64,000 nt of DNA from Dicyema japonicum (taxonomy: Eukaryota > Animalia > Dicyemida). The notes beneath the pieces were generated by a model. It saw nothing but the letters and a program-made list of their open reading frames with translations, had not been told where the DNA came from and did no database searches. Position numbers and translations under genes: made by a program. Location of the stretch: the NCBI GenBank assembly GCA_011109175.1, contig RDEW01000017.1, forward strand, positions 813,855-877,854. Direction: 5' to 3'. How positions within the stretch are numbered: position 1 is the first letter of the stretch; every line of letters begins with the position of its first letter. Positions 1-13,400 of the stretch are shown here, piece by piece.

Positions 1-57
1 TATTTATAAATAAAAAAATTTTAAATTTTAGGTAATTTAATTACCACTGTCTCACTG

Positions 58-1686
58 ATGCCTGGTGATAATTCTATTGATAATTATAATAGACTCCCAA
101 AAACTCTTAAGAGGTAATAAATGTTGTTGAATGATAGAATCTAAGATATCCCTTCCTAAAGTACACATTGATAATTTATCTATTACTGATGCTATCAACA
201 AAATGAATTATAAGGAAGCACCCACAATAAAACCATTCGATAAAATTTTTCTAAAAATTGATCCAAAAACCCAAAATTCTGAATTAAAAGTCATAAATAA
301 AACAAATTCAAATAAATTGAAAAACTTTAAAGAAGGCCTTTATAACAAAATAGTGAAAAATAGAGAAGAGGCAGTTATTAAAAGACAAGAATTATACAAA
401 ATTGACAATAAAAACAAATTAAAAAACTATTATTATGAAGAGGTAGACGAAAAGGCTAGTGAAAAGGATGTCCCTGATGAAGAATTCGAATATTCAGACG
501 ACGACTCTTTAAAGTGCCGCAGCGAAGATCTTGAGACTAAAGTTGAAGATGATTCTGAAAAGGATGATGAAAGTGAAGATGAAATGGAAGTTTTAGAAAA
601 AACTGATAATGATGAATATACGGAGGAGAACGAAGATGAAATGGAAATTTTAGAAAAAACTGATAATGATGAACATACACAGGAAAACGAAGATGAAATG
701 GAAATTTTAGAAAAAACTGATAATGATGAATATACACAGAGGAAAATGAAGATGAAATGGATGATTTAGAATCTGAAAATATTGAGGAGTTAATTGAAGG
801 AATGGAAAAAAGTGACGAAGATGATAAAGACCAAATAAAATTCGTTAATGATTACAACTTTGATAGTAAAAATAAAAAAATTAACGATCAAAAATTAAAA
901 TTAATGGATTTTGTTGATAATGAAGTTGAAGTATCGGGTTCTGACAGTGGAGATGAAGTTTTTGATGAACTTGATGAATATAACCCGGATTGGATTGACG
1001 ATAAAGAAATAGGGATGATGAGCACCAAAGATTAGCTAAAATTAATAGGTCTGACTTTAAAGATTATTTTAAGTAAATTGGTTGCGGATGAAGATGAGGA
1101 AGTTCTAATCAGAATTAAGGAGCAATTTTTGCCTGATGGTGATACTGAGGGGGATATTGAAAGACATCAGAGTTTTAGATGGAAGGAATGTGGTTTTAAG
1201 TTATTAAATTTATAGAAGATTTAACGCAATTCGATGGAGACAATGCAGTTTTCGGTGATTCTGAAGAGGAAGAAGATAACTCCACACAATGGAGAATTAA
1301 GAGATTTGCAAGAGAATCCTTTATTAAAGTTTTTTTTTATTTTTTACATTAGTCACAAAACTCAAATAAAGATGATGAAATAAATGAAAATTCTGGTTTA
1401 TTTTGCTTTAATTATTAGCATTTTTAAATTCAAATTCTCAGTCAGTCTCTGGTCTATCATCAATGGTGAATAATTGCAATTATTTGATTAGAAAAGGATG
1501 CGTGGGTCATTTATTGGAAGGATATCTGACTCGTGGTTAGATGGGATGTGTGAAAACAGTAATTCTGGAACTTTGACCAATCCCACTTTGAATGATGATA
1601 AAAATTGTGATGAAGATGTTAAAAGAGTTCGTAAAATACAAGATGAGAGTTCAACGGGATTTTTTGGGCGTTTTTCAAAGAAATAA
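58..1686 (+). CDS. CLSPN: Claspin-like replication checkpoint mediator (about 480 aa after splicing; two apparent frameshifts; upstream exons outside the window are possible)
   Basis: Removing GT-AG introns 65-92, 114-137, 1049-1073, 1193-1215, 1329-1352, 1396-1418 and 1466-1491 gives DSQKLLRESKISLP, FVDNEVEVSGSD, EQFLPDGD..FRWK, QWRIKRFARESF and KRMRGSFIGR, matching Claspin-family motifs in order. Frameshifts near 735 (extra CA in a repeat) and near 1012 (G run). Confidence 0.85.
575..760 (+). repeat. 57-bp coding tandem repeat (EDEMEILEKTDNDEYTEEN), 3 full units plus a partial unit
   Basis: Units begin gaagatgaaatggaa at 575, 632 and 689. Confidence 0.9.
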
Positions 1687-1799
1687 GTTTTTTTGTAGTT
1701 ATTGATTATGTATTTTTTTGTAATTAAAAACTATAAGAACCTTTTTTAATTCAATATATTTTATTAAATCAAGCGAATTTATTAATTTACTATTGAATC

Positions 1800-2400
1800 C
1801 AGTCGACATAACCTAAGTTCTAAGGATAGTTTCCCTCAGTGATTCTGCGGTGGTCCAGGCACACCAGGTGAATAATTGGCTATCCACAAACATGTTATCT
1901 GTATTAACAGATGGGTCTTCTTCCCTCAACGAAAGAGGATCGATTGGCTTTCTTTTCAGAGAAGTCTACCAGAAATAATGACCGAGGTTTCTTGCATTTT
2001 TACAAGGAACCCGGAAACCCACTTAAAGAACAAATTATATATGCGGAGGTTTTTGAAGAAACACACTCCGATCGAATTCCTCTGTAGAAATTCGAAAAGA
2101 CACTTCCGGAAAATAGTAGGATCGACGGGAATCACTAGATGTGTGTCTGAGAATTACTCGAAGCTGAGATCATTTATTTAGTTGACTTTGATACCCTCTT
2201 AAGGTTTTTTAAAAATAATTGACTCGGCTTGGTCTATCACGATAGAAACTAAGATCAACTTGATAAGTCACTGAGTTTAACGGACGTTATGGCTTTTCAG
2301 TGTAGCCAGACATTCCAGCCTCTTTAGAAAAAGTAGTGATTCCCTCATATGCCTTATATTGTCTCGGCAATTGAGTAAAACTTGAATTTGTTCAGTCGAC
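1800..2400 (-). CDS. Possible small host gene of unknown function, convergent with Claspin
   Basis: GC-richer island with open minus-strand segments (DPTIFRKCLFEFLQRNS; KPIDPLSLREEDPSVNTDNMFVDSQLFTWCAW) separable by short GT-AG gaps; no recognisable homology. Confidence 0.25.
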
Positions 2401-2989
2401 ATTCGTGCGTTTCTTATATTTGAATCCAGTTTAAAGACGCTTTTTAAACATATGCAAGTAACTTAATTTAGTACGACATGGTAAGAAATTGAGTATTATT
2501 TTTCTGTTATCTTAATGGCTCGCTCATCATTTTAAATCTGATAAATGTAAAACAACAATATTGCTACAACACTAGATGGATTTATGACCTTCAATATGAT
2601 ACTAATTTTTATATCAAGACTATAAATCGACTAATTTTTATATCAAGACAGAATTGATAAATTATCGGAGCATAAGAACATATTGATGCATTGCTCAGCA
2701 ATAGCGTTAGCAAAAGGCGTACATATGGAAATACTTTTTTCTCGCAAACTAATTGGTATAATGCACCGGTGTAAAGTCATTATGTGATGAAATGAGATGG
2801 CATCTTAACTAAGTTTTATAGATGTAACTTGAGAAGTGGAAAGTGATCAAAAGACTTTCAATTGGACCTGCAGGTATGCCAGGTTTTTGTAAAGGAATTA
2901 GAATAAGGATTTGACTGAAATATTCGCTAGAGAAGGAAGCGAAGTCACGTTAGAAGAAATATTAATTTAAGGGTCAACATTTTGACAGA

Positions 2990-3450
2990 AAAATTCTGGA
3001 AAGTTTCGGCTCTGACTGATGGCTATTTCCTTCATGGACTATGTTCAAGCAGCCATCGGCGTTCTCGAAAATATCCGAGATTAGATTTTCGTCTCGTCCG
3101 AGAAAGGCATGGAAAGAACAACCGAAGGCTCGGACGTTTCAACAGCAAGATGAACGAACGTCACGTTACAGGGGAGGTCGACATATTTCAGCTGCTTTAG
3201 TTTTTTGGTTTTCCCTGCGACAGAACCGGCAGAACAAGATTGTTTGTTGAGAACTTGTCCATGCAGGTGACGTTCCAGGCTACTGGCTTTCCATCTTCAA
3301 ATGGAAAGTCATTCCATCAGGATGTTCTCTGTCTCTTCGGCACAAACCGACAAGCTAAGAGTAGACAGGAAACCAGCATTATCCATTGCCCATTTAACAA
3401 CATCGTTCAGGGCTTTTACCTGGGCGTCCTTCTATCTCACTTCCTGCAAT
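2990..3450 (-). mobile_element. Degenerate 3' fragment of a CRE-clade LINE (RLE endonuclease region)
   Basis: Minus-strand remnants ALNDVVKWAM, HPDGMT, AWNVTCMD and FVHLAVETS parallel the intact copy at 31500-31800. Confidence 0.7.
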
Positions 3451-3799
3451 TTTATTAGTTTGATTAAGAAAGAAGTTGAAAGTATAGTCATTTTTTGTTT
3501 TTTACCTTTAAAAATTTATCCAAAGTTATTGATTGGGAAGGAAAGTGACACTATTTATTGAGAAATCCTATAATTTCTTTTTTTTGAAAATAAAGTGTTT
3601 TTTTAGAATTGACCTAAGTCAATTTTAACTTAATAAAAATATTATCAAATGAGAGTATATCTCAATTGAGATCAGCTGAAATAAGTGGATGCACATAGGA
3701 TCAGTGTTCGAAATAAAAAAACTAGGTAAATAAAACTATCAGAATCTGCGTATTATGTTTGTCAATATTTTCCTATACATGCTGCTAATAATAATTATA

Positions 3800-5470
3800 C
3801 TATTATTATAGGGAACTATCGTAGAAACATAATTGTTATATTTCCACACGTGCGATTTTTCGGATCAATCGCGTCCATCCTCCCCTGTTACACCCAAACT
3901 TCTCATAGCATCTAGATCTTCCCCACTTACGATCCTCCGGTTGATTGTTTTGAGATCCTCATCCAGCACCTCCGGTAGTGTAGTACACGGGTACCCCCGA
4001 TATTTCTTTCCACTTGCAGCGAAATATTCCTCCATTGCCAAATTTGCAGGTGATGTGGGGTCCATCCGTAGGACATGTCTTAACAGTCTCCATCGGGCCT
4101 CCACCACAGGTCGCGTTGAGTATATTCAGTACAGTGCCTTATTGTTGATCCGTGTCGACCATTGTACCCCGCATAGTATTCGTAATTGCCTTCGGTGGAA
4201 GGAGTTAAGATTTTTGGTTTCTGAGACCGAGATCTCCAGCAGGAAGAGTTATATAGCAGGACCGGCTTCACGAAAGCATCGTAGAGGCGCAAACGAAGCG
4301 CGATCGTTACCAGTCTGTTAGCCAACCAATCCGTTTTCATCCTGTTCAGTGCGACCGTCGATAGTACTTTCCTCCGGGTGATGTCCTCACTGTCTCCGAG
4401 GAGGGAGCCGAGCTTTCTGGAACGTCTCCATCCTTCTTCCAATCTACGATTTTCATAATTTCAGTTTTAGTTGTATTAACTGTAAGAAACCATTTCCCAA
4501 GTTCTGCAGGGGCAACGTAAAGTAACCGCCTCAAGGCTGCTTTATCTTCCGATACCAAGTCAACATCATCAGCATATATAATTTCGGTGATTTGGCCATT
4601 ATAAAAACTTCTAAAACCACGCAATGCTACTTCCAAGTATACCACAATCAGCAATGGGGAAAGGAAATCCTCTAGGGAGTACCCACAGTCGTCGACAAAT
4701 TTCTAAACGACGTACTTTCAACTCGTAACGTCTGTTCTGTGTTCGACAATAAAACTTCTATCATCCTGACAGAATCCCTATTAAGGAATCCCCGCAAAAC
4801 ATCAATAAGCCTACCTCGGCGAATTGTGTCGAAAACTTTCATGTCAATCCCCAAAATTGTAGTCGTACTCTCAAATCTTTGGTAAGTGACACAACGCCAC
4901 CTATGCCCCAGACCACATCAGCGGTAGATCTGCCTGTCCTGAATCCACTGTGGCTCGATGACAGGAATTCATTCACAGGATCTTGCACACGATCCAGCAC
5001 CACCAGAGCAAGGACCTATCTTAGCGTATTGAGTAGGATGACTGGCGCAGGTTTTCCACAGGCCCGCCTCTTATTCGGTTTTTGAATCGGCACCAGAATT
5101 GCTTTGCCTAACGGAAGAAGGTCGTTAGTTGCAAACATTTCGTTTAATACTTCGGCCACGATTTCCATCAGGGTTTTTGGGCCGTACTTCAGTAACTCAG
5201 CACTTATGCCATCCGGTCCTGACGAGCGATTGCACTTAGTCTCTATTGCTTTCATAACTTCTCCCACCGTGATTTCATTTACAAGATTTCCTGCATTACC
5301 AGTGATTCAAAGAGTCGTTCAAAATAAGAAGCAATAAGTTCGGTTTGTTCCGTAGCGTCAAAAATCATATTCCCTTTGTTATCCTGAATTTTTAGTTTGC
5401 CCTTATAGTTCCTCCTCTTAAGCAGACGCATAATAATTATATGCTGTATCGCATTTAATTTCATCTCGAC
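3800..5470 (-). mobile_element. 5'-truncated, frameshifted RTE-like LINE (RT and C-terminus)
   Basis: ORF pieces SSGPDGISAELLKYGP, GVVSLT (translated by eye between ORFs), STTVGTP, IYADDVDL, RLRLYDAFVKPVLLYN, ARWRLLRHVLRM. Confidence 0.85.
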
Positions 5471-5900
5471 TTTTTTGGCTTAATTATTTAATGCAAAAAC
5501 TAACAGTCAATAACTTTTAAAAGAAGTGTCATGCATAATAGTATCTATTTTCTTCTAACTAATATGAATGCATCTTATTGTGATAAACCAGTAGATATCG
5601 ATTTTATGGAAATACTTCATTCGCAAATTATTTTAAAGTCTTTCAGTAGCACAAGTGTCAGATTTTAATATCTTAACGACTTAAAAATATTTGTGCTAGA
5701 AAAGTGAATGCAAAATACTTTGTAGGAAACATTTTTATTTTGTGTAAATATAATTAATTTTAATATAATAAAAATTTATTAATAATTTATTAATTTTAAA
5801 TATTGGTTTTGGTTGTGTCTAGTTACTGTCATTCTTTTAAACTTTATATATTTAGTCTATTTGATTACTTTTATACTAACTGTCATATTTAATTTTTAGA

Positions 5901-6855
5901 ATGGCATCAATTCAATTTGCATCTGCATGTGAAGCTAATCCTGCAATAGGAATAATTTATCCTCCCCCTGAAATACGACGTAAGTACAAAAGTGGATAAA
6001 ATTTAGATATTATTGATAGAACAGCAGCATTTGTAGCAAAAAATGGTTGATTTTACTTTTATTTTTCTTAGGACTTGACTTTGAGTACAAATTAAAGCAA
6101 AGAGAAATAGCAAACCCACGCTTTAATTTCATAAATGGCAATGATCCTTATCATGAATATTATAAATATCGCATTAGAGAATTCATGGTTTCCTCCGGTT
6201 TTATAATTATGTAATTTACATGAAGGGATGGATACTACTATCAATATGAATAAAGGATCTGGTTCTGAGCCAGCACGTATTACTATTGCTGATTTGTTGC
6301 CACCATCGAACCCCCCACCTGAACTTGAGTTCATAGCAGATCCTGTTACTTTTCAAGCAATCGATATGTAAGTTAATTTTTTGTTTCTTATTCAAACTTT
6401 TCAATTTAAATTAATTTTTAGTGATATTATTCGATTGACTGCTTTATTTGTTGCTGTTAATGGGCGTAAATTTTTGATGAATCTTATTAACCGTGAACAA
6501 AAAAATTATCAATTTGATTTCCTCCGTCCTCAACATAGCAATTTTTTGTATTTTACCAAATTAGTAGAACAGTATACCAAAGTCTTTATTAATAGGTTAT
6601 TTGTAGATCCTTCTGCCTACGACTTCCATGATAAAGGAACTTGATGACGAGTTGAGTCATCCAAAACTCATAATGGATAAAGTAAAACATAGATTGGAAT
6701 GGTCCAGATATCAAGATAGAGAGAAAAAACGTGAGGAAGACATAGCTGAAAAGGAAAGATGTTTTTATTTGATATATTTTTAGTATCTTATTCTCAGATC
6801 GACTGGCATGACTTTGTAATTGTGGATACTATTGAATTTCGACCTAATGAAAAGG
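5901..6855 (+). CDS. SF3A1: Splicing factor 3A subunit 1 (Prp21), 5' part; the remainder is lost in the gap
   Basis: Spliced: GIIYPPPEIRHIIDRTAAFVAKNG, FNFINGNDPYHEYYK (SURP1), PPPELEFIADP, YQFDFLRPQHSNFLYFTKLVEQYTK (SURP2), IDWHDFVIVDTIEF. Introns include 5980-6006 (27 nt) and 6046-6071 (26 nt). Confidence 0.95.
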
Positions 6856-6864
6856 GTTTTCATT

Positions 6865-7773
6865 TNNNNNNNNNNNNNNNNNNNNNNNNNNNNNNNNNNN
6901 NNNNNNNNNNNNNNNNNNNNNNNNNNNNNNNNNNNNNNNNNNNNNNNNNNNNNNNNNNNNNNNNNNNNNNNNNNNNNNNNNNNNNNNNNNNNNNNNNNNN
7001 NNNNNNNNNNNNNNNNNNNNNNNNNNNNNNNNNNNNNNNNNNNNNNNNNNNNNNNNNNNNNNNNNNNNNNNNNNNNNNNNNNNNNNNNNNNNNNNNNNNN
7101 NNNNNNNNNNNNNNNNNNNNNNNNNNNNNNNNNNNNNNNNNNNNNNNNNNNNNNNNNNNNNNNNNNNNNNNNNNNNNNNNNNNNNNNNNNNNNNNNNNNN
7201 NNNNNNNNNNNNNNNNNNNNNNNNNNNNNNNNNNNNNNNNNNNNNNNNNNNNNNNNNNNNNNNNNNNNNNNNNNNNNNNNNNNNNNNNNNNNNNNNNNNN
7301 NNNNNNNNNNNNNNNNNNNNNNNNNNNNNNNNNNNNNNNNNNNNNNNNNNNNNNNNNNNNNNNNNNNNNNNNNNNNNNNNNNNNNNNNNNNNNNNNNNNN
7401 NNNNNNNNNNNNNNNNNNNNNNNNNNNNNNNNNNNNNNNNNNNNNNNNNNNNNNNNNNNNNNNNNNNNNNNNNNNNNNNNNNNNNNNNNNNNNNNNNNNN
7501 NNNNNNNNNNNNNNNNNNNNNNNNNNNNNNNNNNNNNNNNNNNNNNNNNNNNNNNNNNNNNNNNNNNNNNNNNNNNNNNNNNNNNNNNNNNNNNNNNNNN
7601 NNNNNNNNNNNNNNNNNNNNNNNNNNNNNNNNNNNNNNNNNNNNNNNNNNNNNNNNNNNNNNNNNNNNNNNNNNNNNNNNNNNNNNNNNNNNNNNNNNNN
7701 NNNNNNNNNNNNNNNNNNNNNNNNNNNNNNNNNNNNNNNNNNNNNNNNNNNNNNNNNNNNNNNNNNNNNNNNN
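6865..7773. other. Assembly gap (N run)
   Basis: Continuous N bases. Confidence 1.
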
Positions 7774-8459
7774 CGAATATGTAATTATAAATATTATTTC
7801 AGTCTGTAGTGCCATAGGAAACCCAAACAACGTGCTTGGCATGTGTGGAAAGCGTAATAAATTAATGCTAACATGACTATGGAATATGAGGATTTTGGTT
7901 AGAAATAAAAATTAGTTAATTTATTCAACAATGACAACAAAGGATAATAGGTAGGCATAGGGAGGTTTAAATAATGATTATAAAATTTTGAATTATTTCA
8001 GGTGCTTCATCATTAATATTTCAAAATCGTTTGATCTCAATAATGAATTATTGACAAGTGACCCAATTATGTAGTTTATCGAAGAGGTGGTGAAAAAATG
8101 GAAATTTATGTCTAAAGGACATAAAACTCGAATAAAAGCTAATTCGTTCTGTAATGTTTTGTTATCTGCCATACCCGACAGGAAAATGTATAAGCCAATT
8201 AAGTGGTCCATTTATTTAGATTCTGTACTGTCATAACGTTTTCCTCCTATTGGATATTTTGAGAAGGTTCATTTGCATGATAGAAACCTCATTCGATGTT
8301 CCAGACCGATGTCTCTGGATAAAAATATTAAAGTTGAGGCATAAAATGTTGTTCCGTGGGTCCTCAAAAATAGCAAACTGAATTTTGAGCAAAAGGATGA
8401 AGTTTCATCCAATCTCGGTCGAAATCATAAATTTTAGAAAATGGATTTTGAGGTAACAA

Positions 8460-8970
8460 AAAATTTTTCATCTTTAACGCTCCTCGATTCTGTGACGACC
8501 GAGGACCTGCCTCCAGCCTTTCTTGGAGACCTCTAAACGATTATGAGACGCCTAAGAGTGGGATAGGATCCCGATAAACTACTAGATTGTCTTGGATTAG
8601 TCAACATGACTGCTGTTACTTCTTAACTAAAGTGTGAGTTCTGTCTAGCTGAGGTTTAACTAATAGAAACATTACTACTTTTTGGGTTAACTAATAGAAA
8701 CATTACTAATCTATTTTCTTGGATGCCCACTCGACAATGCAGAATTATGGAAACACTTTCAGTCCAAAGATATTTTCTTTCTACGAAAAGTCTTGCTATT
8801 CTGTACTCCCACAAATCTTTTTTCCTCATGAGGAGAAGCTTATGTTTGCCGAAATTGGATACTTCTGCGGAAATCCCAGTCCATCGGCCATCGAGATTTG
8901 CTACTGAGCCTGGATCAGACGTTAAAGCAAACAGTCGAGTCACTACTTTGCTACTGAGCCTGGATCAATC
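8460..8970 (+). mobile_element. Degenerate internal CRE-like RT fragment
   Basis: LAILYSHKSFFLMRRSLCLPKL aligns to LDHVAFFMLKNCLLLPKL of the 30730 ORF; two short 21-nt direct duplications inside. Confidence 0.55.
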
Positions 8971-9146
8971 TTTTTTAATGTAATAAAATGGCATTGTTGA
9001 GAATTCATTTTACGCAGAGTCTTGGTTGTCAGTTATTTAAGTATTTTTAATGGATGAGAAGATAAATATAAATATTATTTGCTGGGTCATTTTTTGAAAT
9101 TTAGTATTATTTTGAATAAAATATTTTTTTTAAAAAGAAACAAATG

Positions 9147-9530
9147 TCAGTTGAGGAAGCCGGCTGCTTTGATTGCGAACGAGTTCTCTCGGAGTATGGC
9201 CATTCCAATTTTTTGTCTCAACCATAACCCTTCTCGTTGATCCCTTTTCTTTCTGGCAAGCATTCCTCTGAGTACTCGCAAGAACTCAGCCGTTATTGGA
9301 CCAACGGCTCCCGAAGATTCGGTCGCAACAGGAGTAATTCGGTAGCGGTCCCTGAGGCAAGAATATTTTTTGATTTTTAGGCTCTCCGCAGTCGAAGCAG
9401 CTGCTCCAGGTGTCTGAACCGATTTGGAAATATTAGTGCTTGAGAACGTGTCTACACAAGTTGCGTCCCAGACCAAAGATCTTCCAGACGTAAAGGGGAA
9501 AAGCTCATCTCGTCAGGTCTCTTTCCATCA
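9147..9530 (-). mobile_element. CRE-clade LINE 3' end
   Basis: WDATCVDTFS..AESLKIKKY..PVATESSG..WLRQKIGMAILRENS; close to 38270-38405. Confidence 0.85.
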
Positions 9531-9929
9531 GTTTAAAAATAATAATTTTAAAAATACTTACTCCGTGATGTCAGCAGCCGCTCTCCCCATAGTTAATAAA
9601 TAATATTTTATTGTTAATAATTTTTGTTCTATTAAAAAAAAAAAATTTTTAAAATTATTTTATTAAAAATATTTTTTGGAATAAATGTAAAAAATGATAT
9701 TTTTTCACTTAAAAAACCTTTGAGTATTTTTCACTTAGTGAGCAGCTTCATTCGATCGCATCCTCGAACGAGCCTTCGTCCGATTAGAGAAAATGAATTC
9801 TTCACTTCTTTCATTATTAAAACAAAAAAATGTCAACTAAGTGAACCCCCATTAATCCGAACTTCAATAATCCGAATTTTTTGAGAGTCAGCAAAATTTT
9901 ACTAAATTTCCGTACAAAACAGGCTTTAC

Positions 9930-10090
9930 TTTTATTATTTAACTCCAAGACCACCAAGAAAGATAGGCTACTAACTAATTAAGTGATCCCAGCCTCCAAC
10001 AACATCCGAACTCTCTTAGTCTTCTGATGACCCAACCGCATTCCGAAAAGCGTCTTCTTTTTTTTCGCATCGAAATCCTATCAGGACCGC
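9930..10090 (-). mobile_element. Vingi-like LINE 3' end fragment
   Basis: The reverse complement ends LEAGIT-stop followed by a ctttcttggtg 3' UTR; matches 50020-50140. Confidence 0.7.
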
Positions 10091-10429
10091 TAGTCTGTTT
10101 TAGGCATTTTAGTCAACGTAGTGGCACATGTGAATAAAATATTTGAATAGTTTGCGGATTTGTAGGTTTTTATTAGTGATGTTATTTTTATTATTTTGTT
10201 TTAGTTTTTTTAAATTTAATATCTTTTTGATAGTGATTCAGGATGCTTGCTTGCGTGTGTAATAATAAATGGATTGAATAATCGCATTCTTAGAAAAGTC
10301 AACACACAAGGGAAACACAGATGTTTAGTGAACCATTTCATAATTTTCACTAAATAAAAAATCTCCCTAGGGGGAATCGCCCCTATGAGAAACAATGTCC
10401 TAGTAGATGATAATTGGACACAATATATT

Positions 10430-13400
10430 CTTTGTTACTGATCCCTCTTAGAAATACCCTTAACAACGATGAAGCTCAAGGCAAAAATTCCATTATAGAC
10501 TTTATTAAACTTCCCTTACAGGTGGGAAATAAACTAAATTAAAATCATAACCCAACTATCTACCAAGCCATGTTTATTAATCGAAAATAACATCAGGAAA
10601 CCAATGCTCAATAACATCATGCGACAAATACTTTGTCCCTTTGATCACCTACCATACAATCATCACTTACTTTCCCTAAACACATCTTCATCATTGTGGA
10701 AGTATCAATCTCACACAGTATAGACGACGTCATCTACGTCACAACACAAACTACCAGTAAAAACAACTTCATCAGATTCTCAATCTCATCTCCCTTAGAT
10801 TCTTCCTCCGACAAAAGAGCGGGAAAAAACGTGCGAATAAACAATGAAATCGTATCAAAATTGTTCGAAAATCCCAGGTATTCCTCATAATAACTGACAA
10901 CCACGTGACAACACGGATGGGTCAAACAAACAGCAATGAGGACCACCAGTGAGTGAATCATGTTATGTTTACTCATCCTTCCCCACTCTACCAATCACCC
11001 CACTCATGCTGTTCCACGTGTCATTCAGAAACAACACCAACTCCTCGTCAGAGAAAGGCAACAGACTCGTCACCATCTAAGTCACCACCATAACTACAGA
11101 ATCGCTAGAAAGGCCCTCTGCTAACTCTGCCAGTCCAGGACACGTGGTTGAATACACCCTATTTACCATCGACATTAACATATCGCGCTAATGCAACAGC
11201 AGACACGACAGTACCAGTGGGTTAAAAAAGGCGTCAATTTCCACAGTAATCCAGGGACCAACCTTTCCGACGATTCTCTAAAATAAATCACTCCTTACTC
11301 TGAAGACTCTTTATGGACTCAATCAGCAGTACGTGGACTCCCACATAATTACAGATATGTACAACTTCTGACTGCAATTGGGCGGCTTCCTTCTGACATT
11401 ATCCCCTACTCTACCATTATCTCATTGAACTGATCAGGCACGTGGGAAACACCTTTTCTATCAAGTATTCTATGACACGTAACCCCATCAACAAATACAA
11501 CGCCTCCATATCTACCATTACCACACTCCAACCTTGTCGTGATGTGTAATCCTTCAAGTCGAACACGTGAGTACCCTCATTTGCACACAACCACATGAAA
11601 CAGTCACAAAAGAATGAGTAGATCATTTCTATCCGTGCCACCGCCTTCAGCAGAAAGTCAATGTACCTAAGTAACCCCAAGTTACTACCAGGGTGCAATT
11701 CGCTGCTGTAGAAATGTTTGGTTCCCAATCTCAGTGAAGTTCACCTACAGCCCATTATTAAGTGAGCCCATACCACGTGTCCAGCCAACTAGGGATAATA
11801 GAGCCCCTAACAAACAGCATCAACTTGCACAACCACATCAATGAAGACGGATATCCTCAAGTTCACTTGTGAGGGAAGACATGTGATCATTGCGGCATTG
11901 CTTTAATGTGAGCTTTCCTCTATCAGTCTTAAGAGTAGGGCACTGAGGGCACTCTCAAACTGCCTTCCGTGATGCTCCGTCGCGAACATACGGAAAGTCC
12001 TTGACAACGAAATAATCGATTTCATAAAGTTGGACCTACTGTGACCATAATAACCCACGTGGTCTCTAAGTACTCGTTATTGTTGGATAAGGATATCTCC
12101 GACTTGCTTTTCGACTGCTTCCTGAATATATGACCCAACATTCTATGTCCCAACACGGCGGGATCTAAAGCCTTTACCAACCCACGTGTCACCTGTTCTG
12201 TAAACTTCAGCCTAGTGTATTAGACATTCTTGATATACTGAACCAAGGAGAAAACCACATTCTCCAGAAATTTATCTCTGAGACTTTCCGCAAGAGTTAT
12301 CAATGGAACTAGTCTGTGTTGCCACCAGCTGCCTCCTCAGAACAAAGCACGTGGAAGTAGGTTCCCACTCCCTCTGTAAGTTGAAGGTAGCCCCCAATGT
12401 TGTTGATTCTGCTTATTCTGGATATACAAAGAGATGTGGTGCTCTATCTGGATGGGAGTGTGGCTAAATCATAGAAAAAGCTTACAAATACGCAGTTAGG
12501 CCACAGACACGTGCCAGAAATTTGAGGTATTCGTTAACAGCCATGTTTATAGAGGAAAGGTCTGAGAGGAGTGCAGGGACAGGGATCCCCTTTAAGGAGA
12601 AATCTCCTGAGCCATACGGAGGACATGTTCGTAGTCATCTACATGTCCCTCACTGAACGCCTCCTCCAATCGTACGCAGATGTCCAATACACAGTGAGTT
12701 GACAAAGTCTGGAGCTTCCGGAACAAATATTCTAAATGTGCTTTGACCTGACTCATCTTTTGGGTTTTTCTAGTCAAACACGTGTCAAGTAGTTGTCCCA
12801 CCATGTGCACAATGAAGATAACAGACTTGACGTCCAATTCTCACTCAAATTTTATCTTTTTCCCACCACTGAGCATATTAAGCCCCAAAATGAGTCTTAT
12901 TTAGTCCGTTGCAGACAACAGGATCTTAGTCACGGAAGGTAACTACAACACATGTAACCAGTACCTCACGGCAAATATTGTTGAACAGCTGGGCATTGAC
13001 CTCCTCCATCATATCCATAAGGAATGTCTTCCTCTACGTTATAGGTAGTTAAACTGGAGATAAGTCACAACAAAACTAGTTGGTGGGGAAATTCAGGAAT
13101 TTCAACTCAGTAGAAAGCTTGGGAGGTAGTTGTCTAAATATAAAAGGGGACCAACAATTTGATGGCACCAAAACATCGAGCACAGAGGTCTTGGGAAAAC
13201 CTGACCTTGTCCCGGATGAGACAGGCAAGAGAGAATGCCAATACTGTGCTGATGAGGATCGAAGACAAGGATTCCTCCGTTAGTTCCGTGGCTATTCCGA
13301 TGAGGACACTTGGAATTAGGAAATTTGTCACGGATAATCAGTCTGAAGAGTCTAAAGGGAATCAGACTGTTAAGTTCCGTCTAAATCTGAGACCACTTAA

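Noticed and set aside
6759-7842. Three long ORFs of about 330 aa in the track
   Set aside because: Artefacts of translating the N gap.
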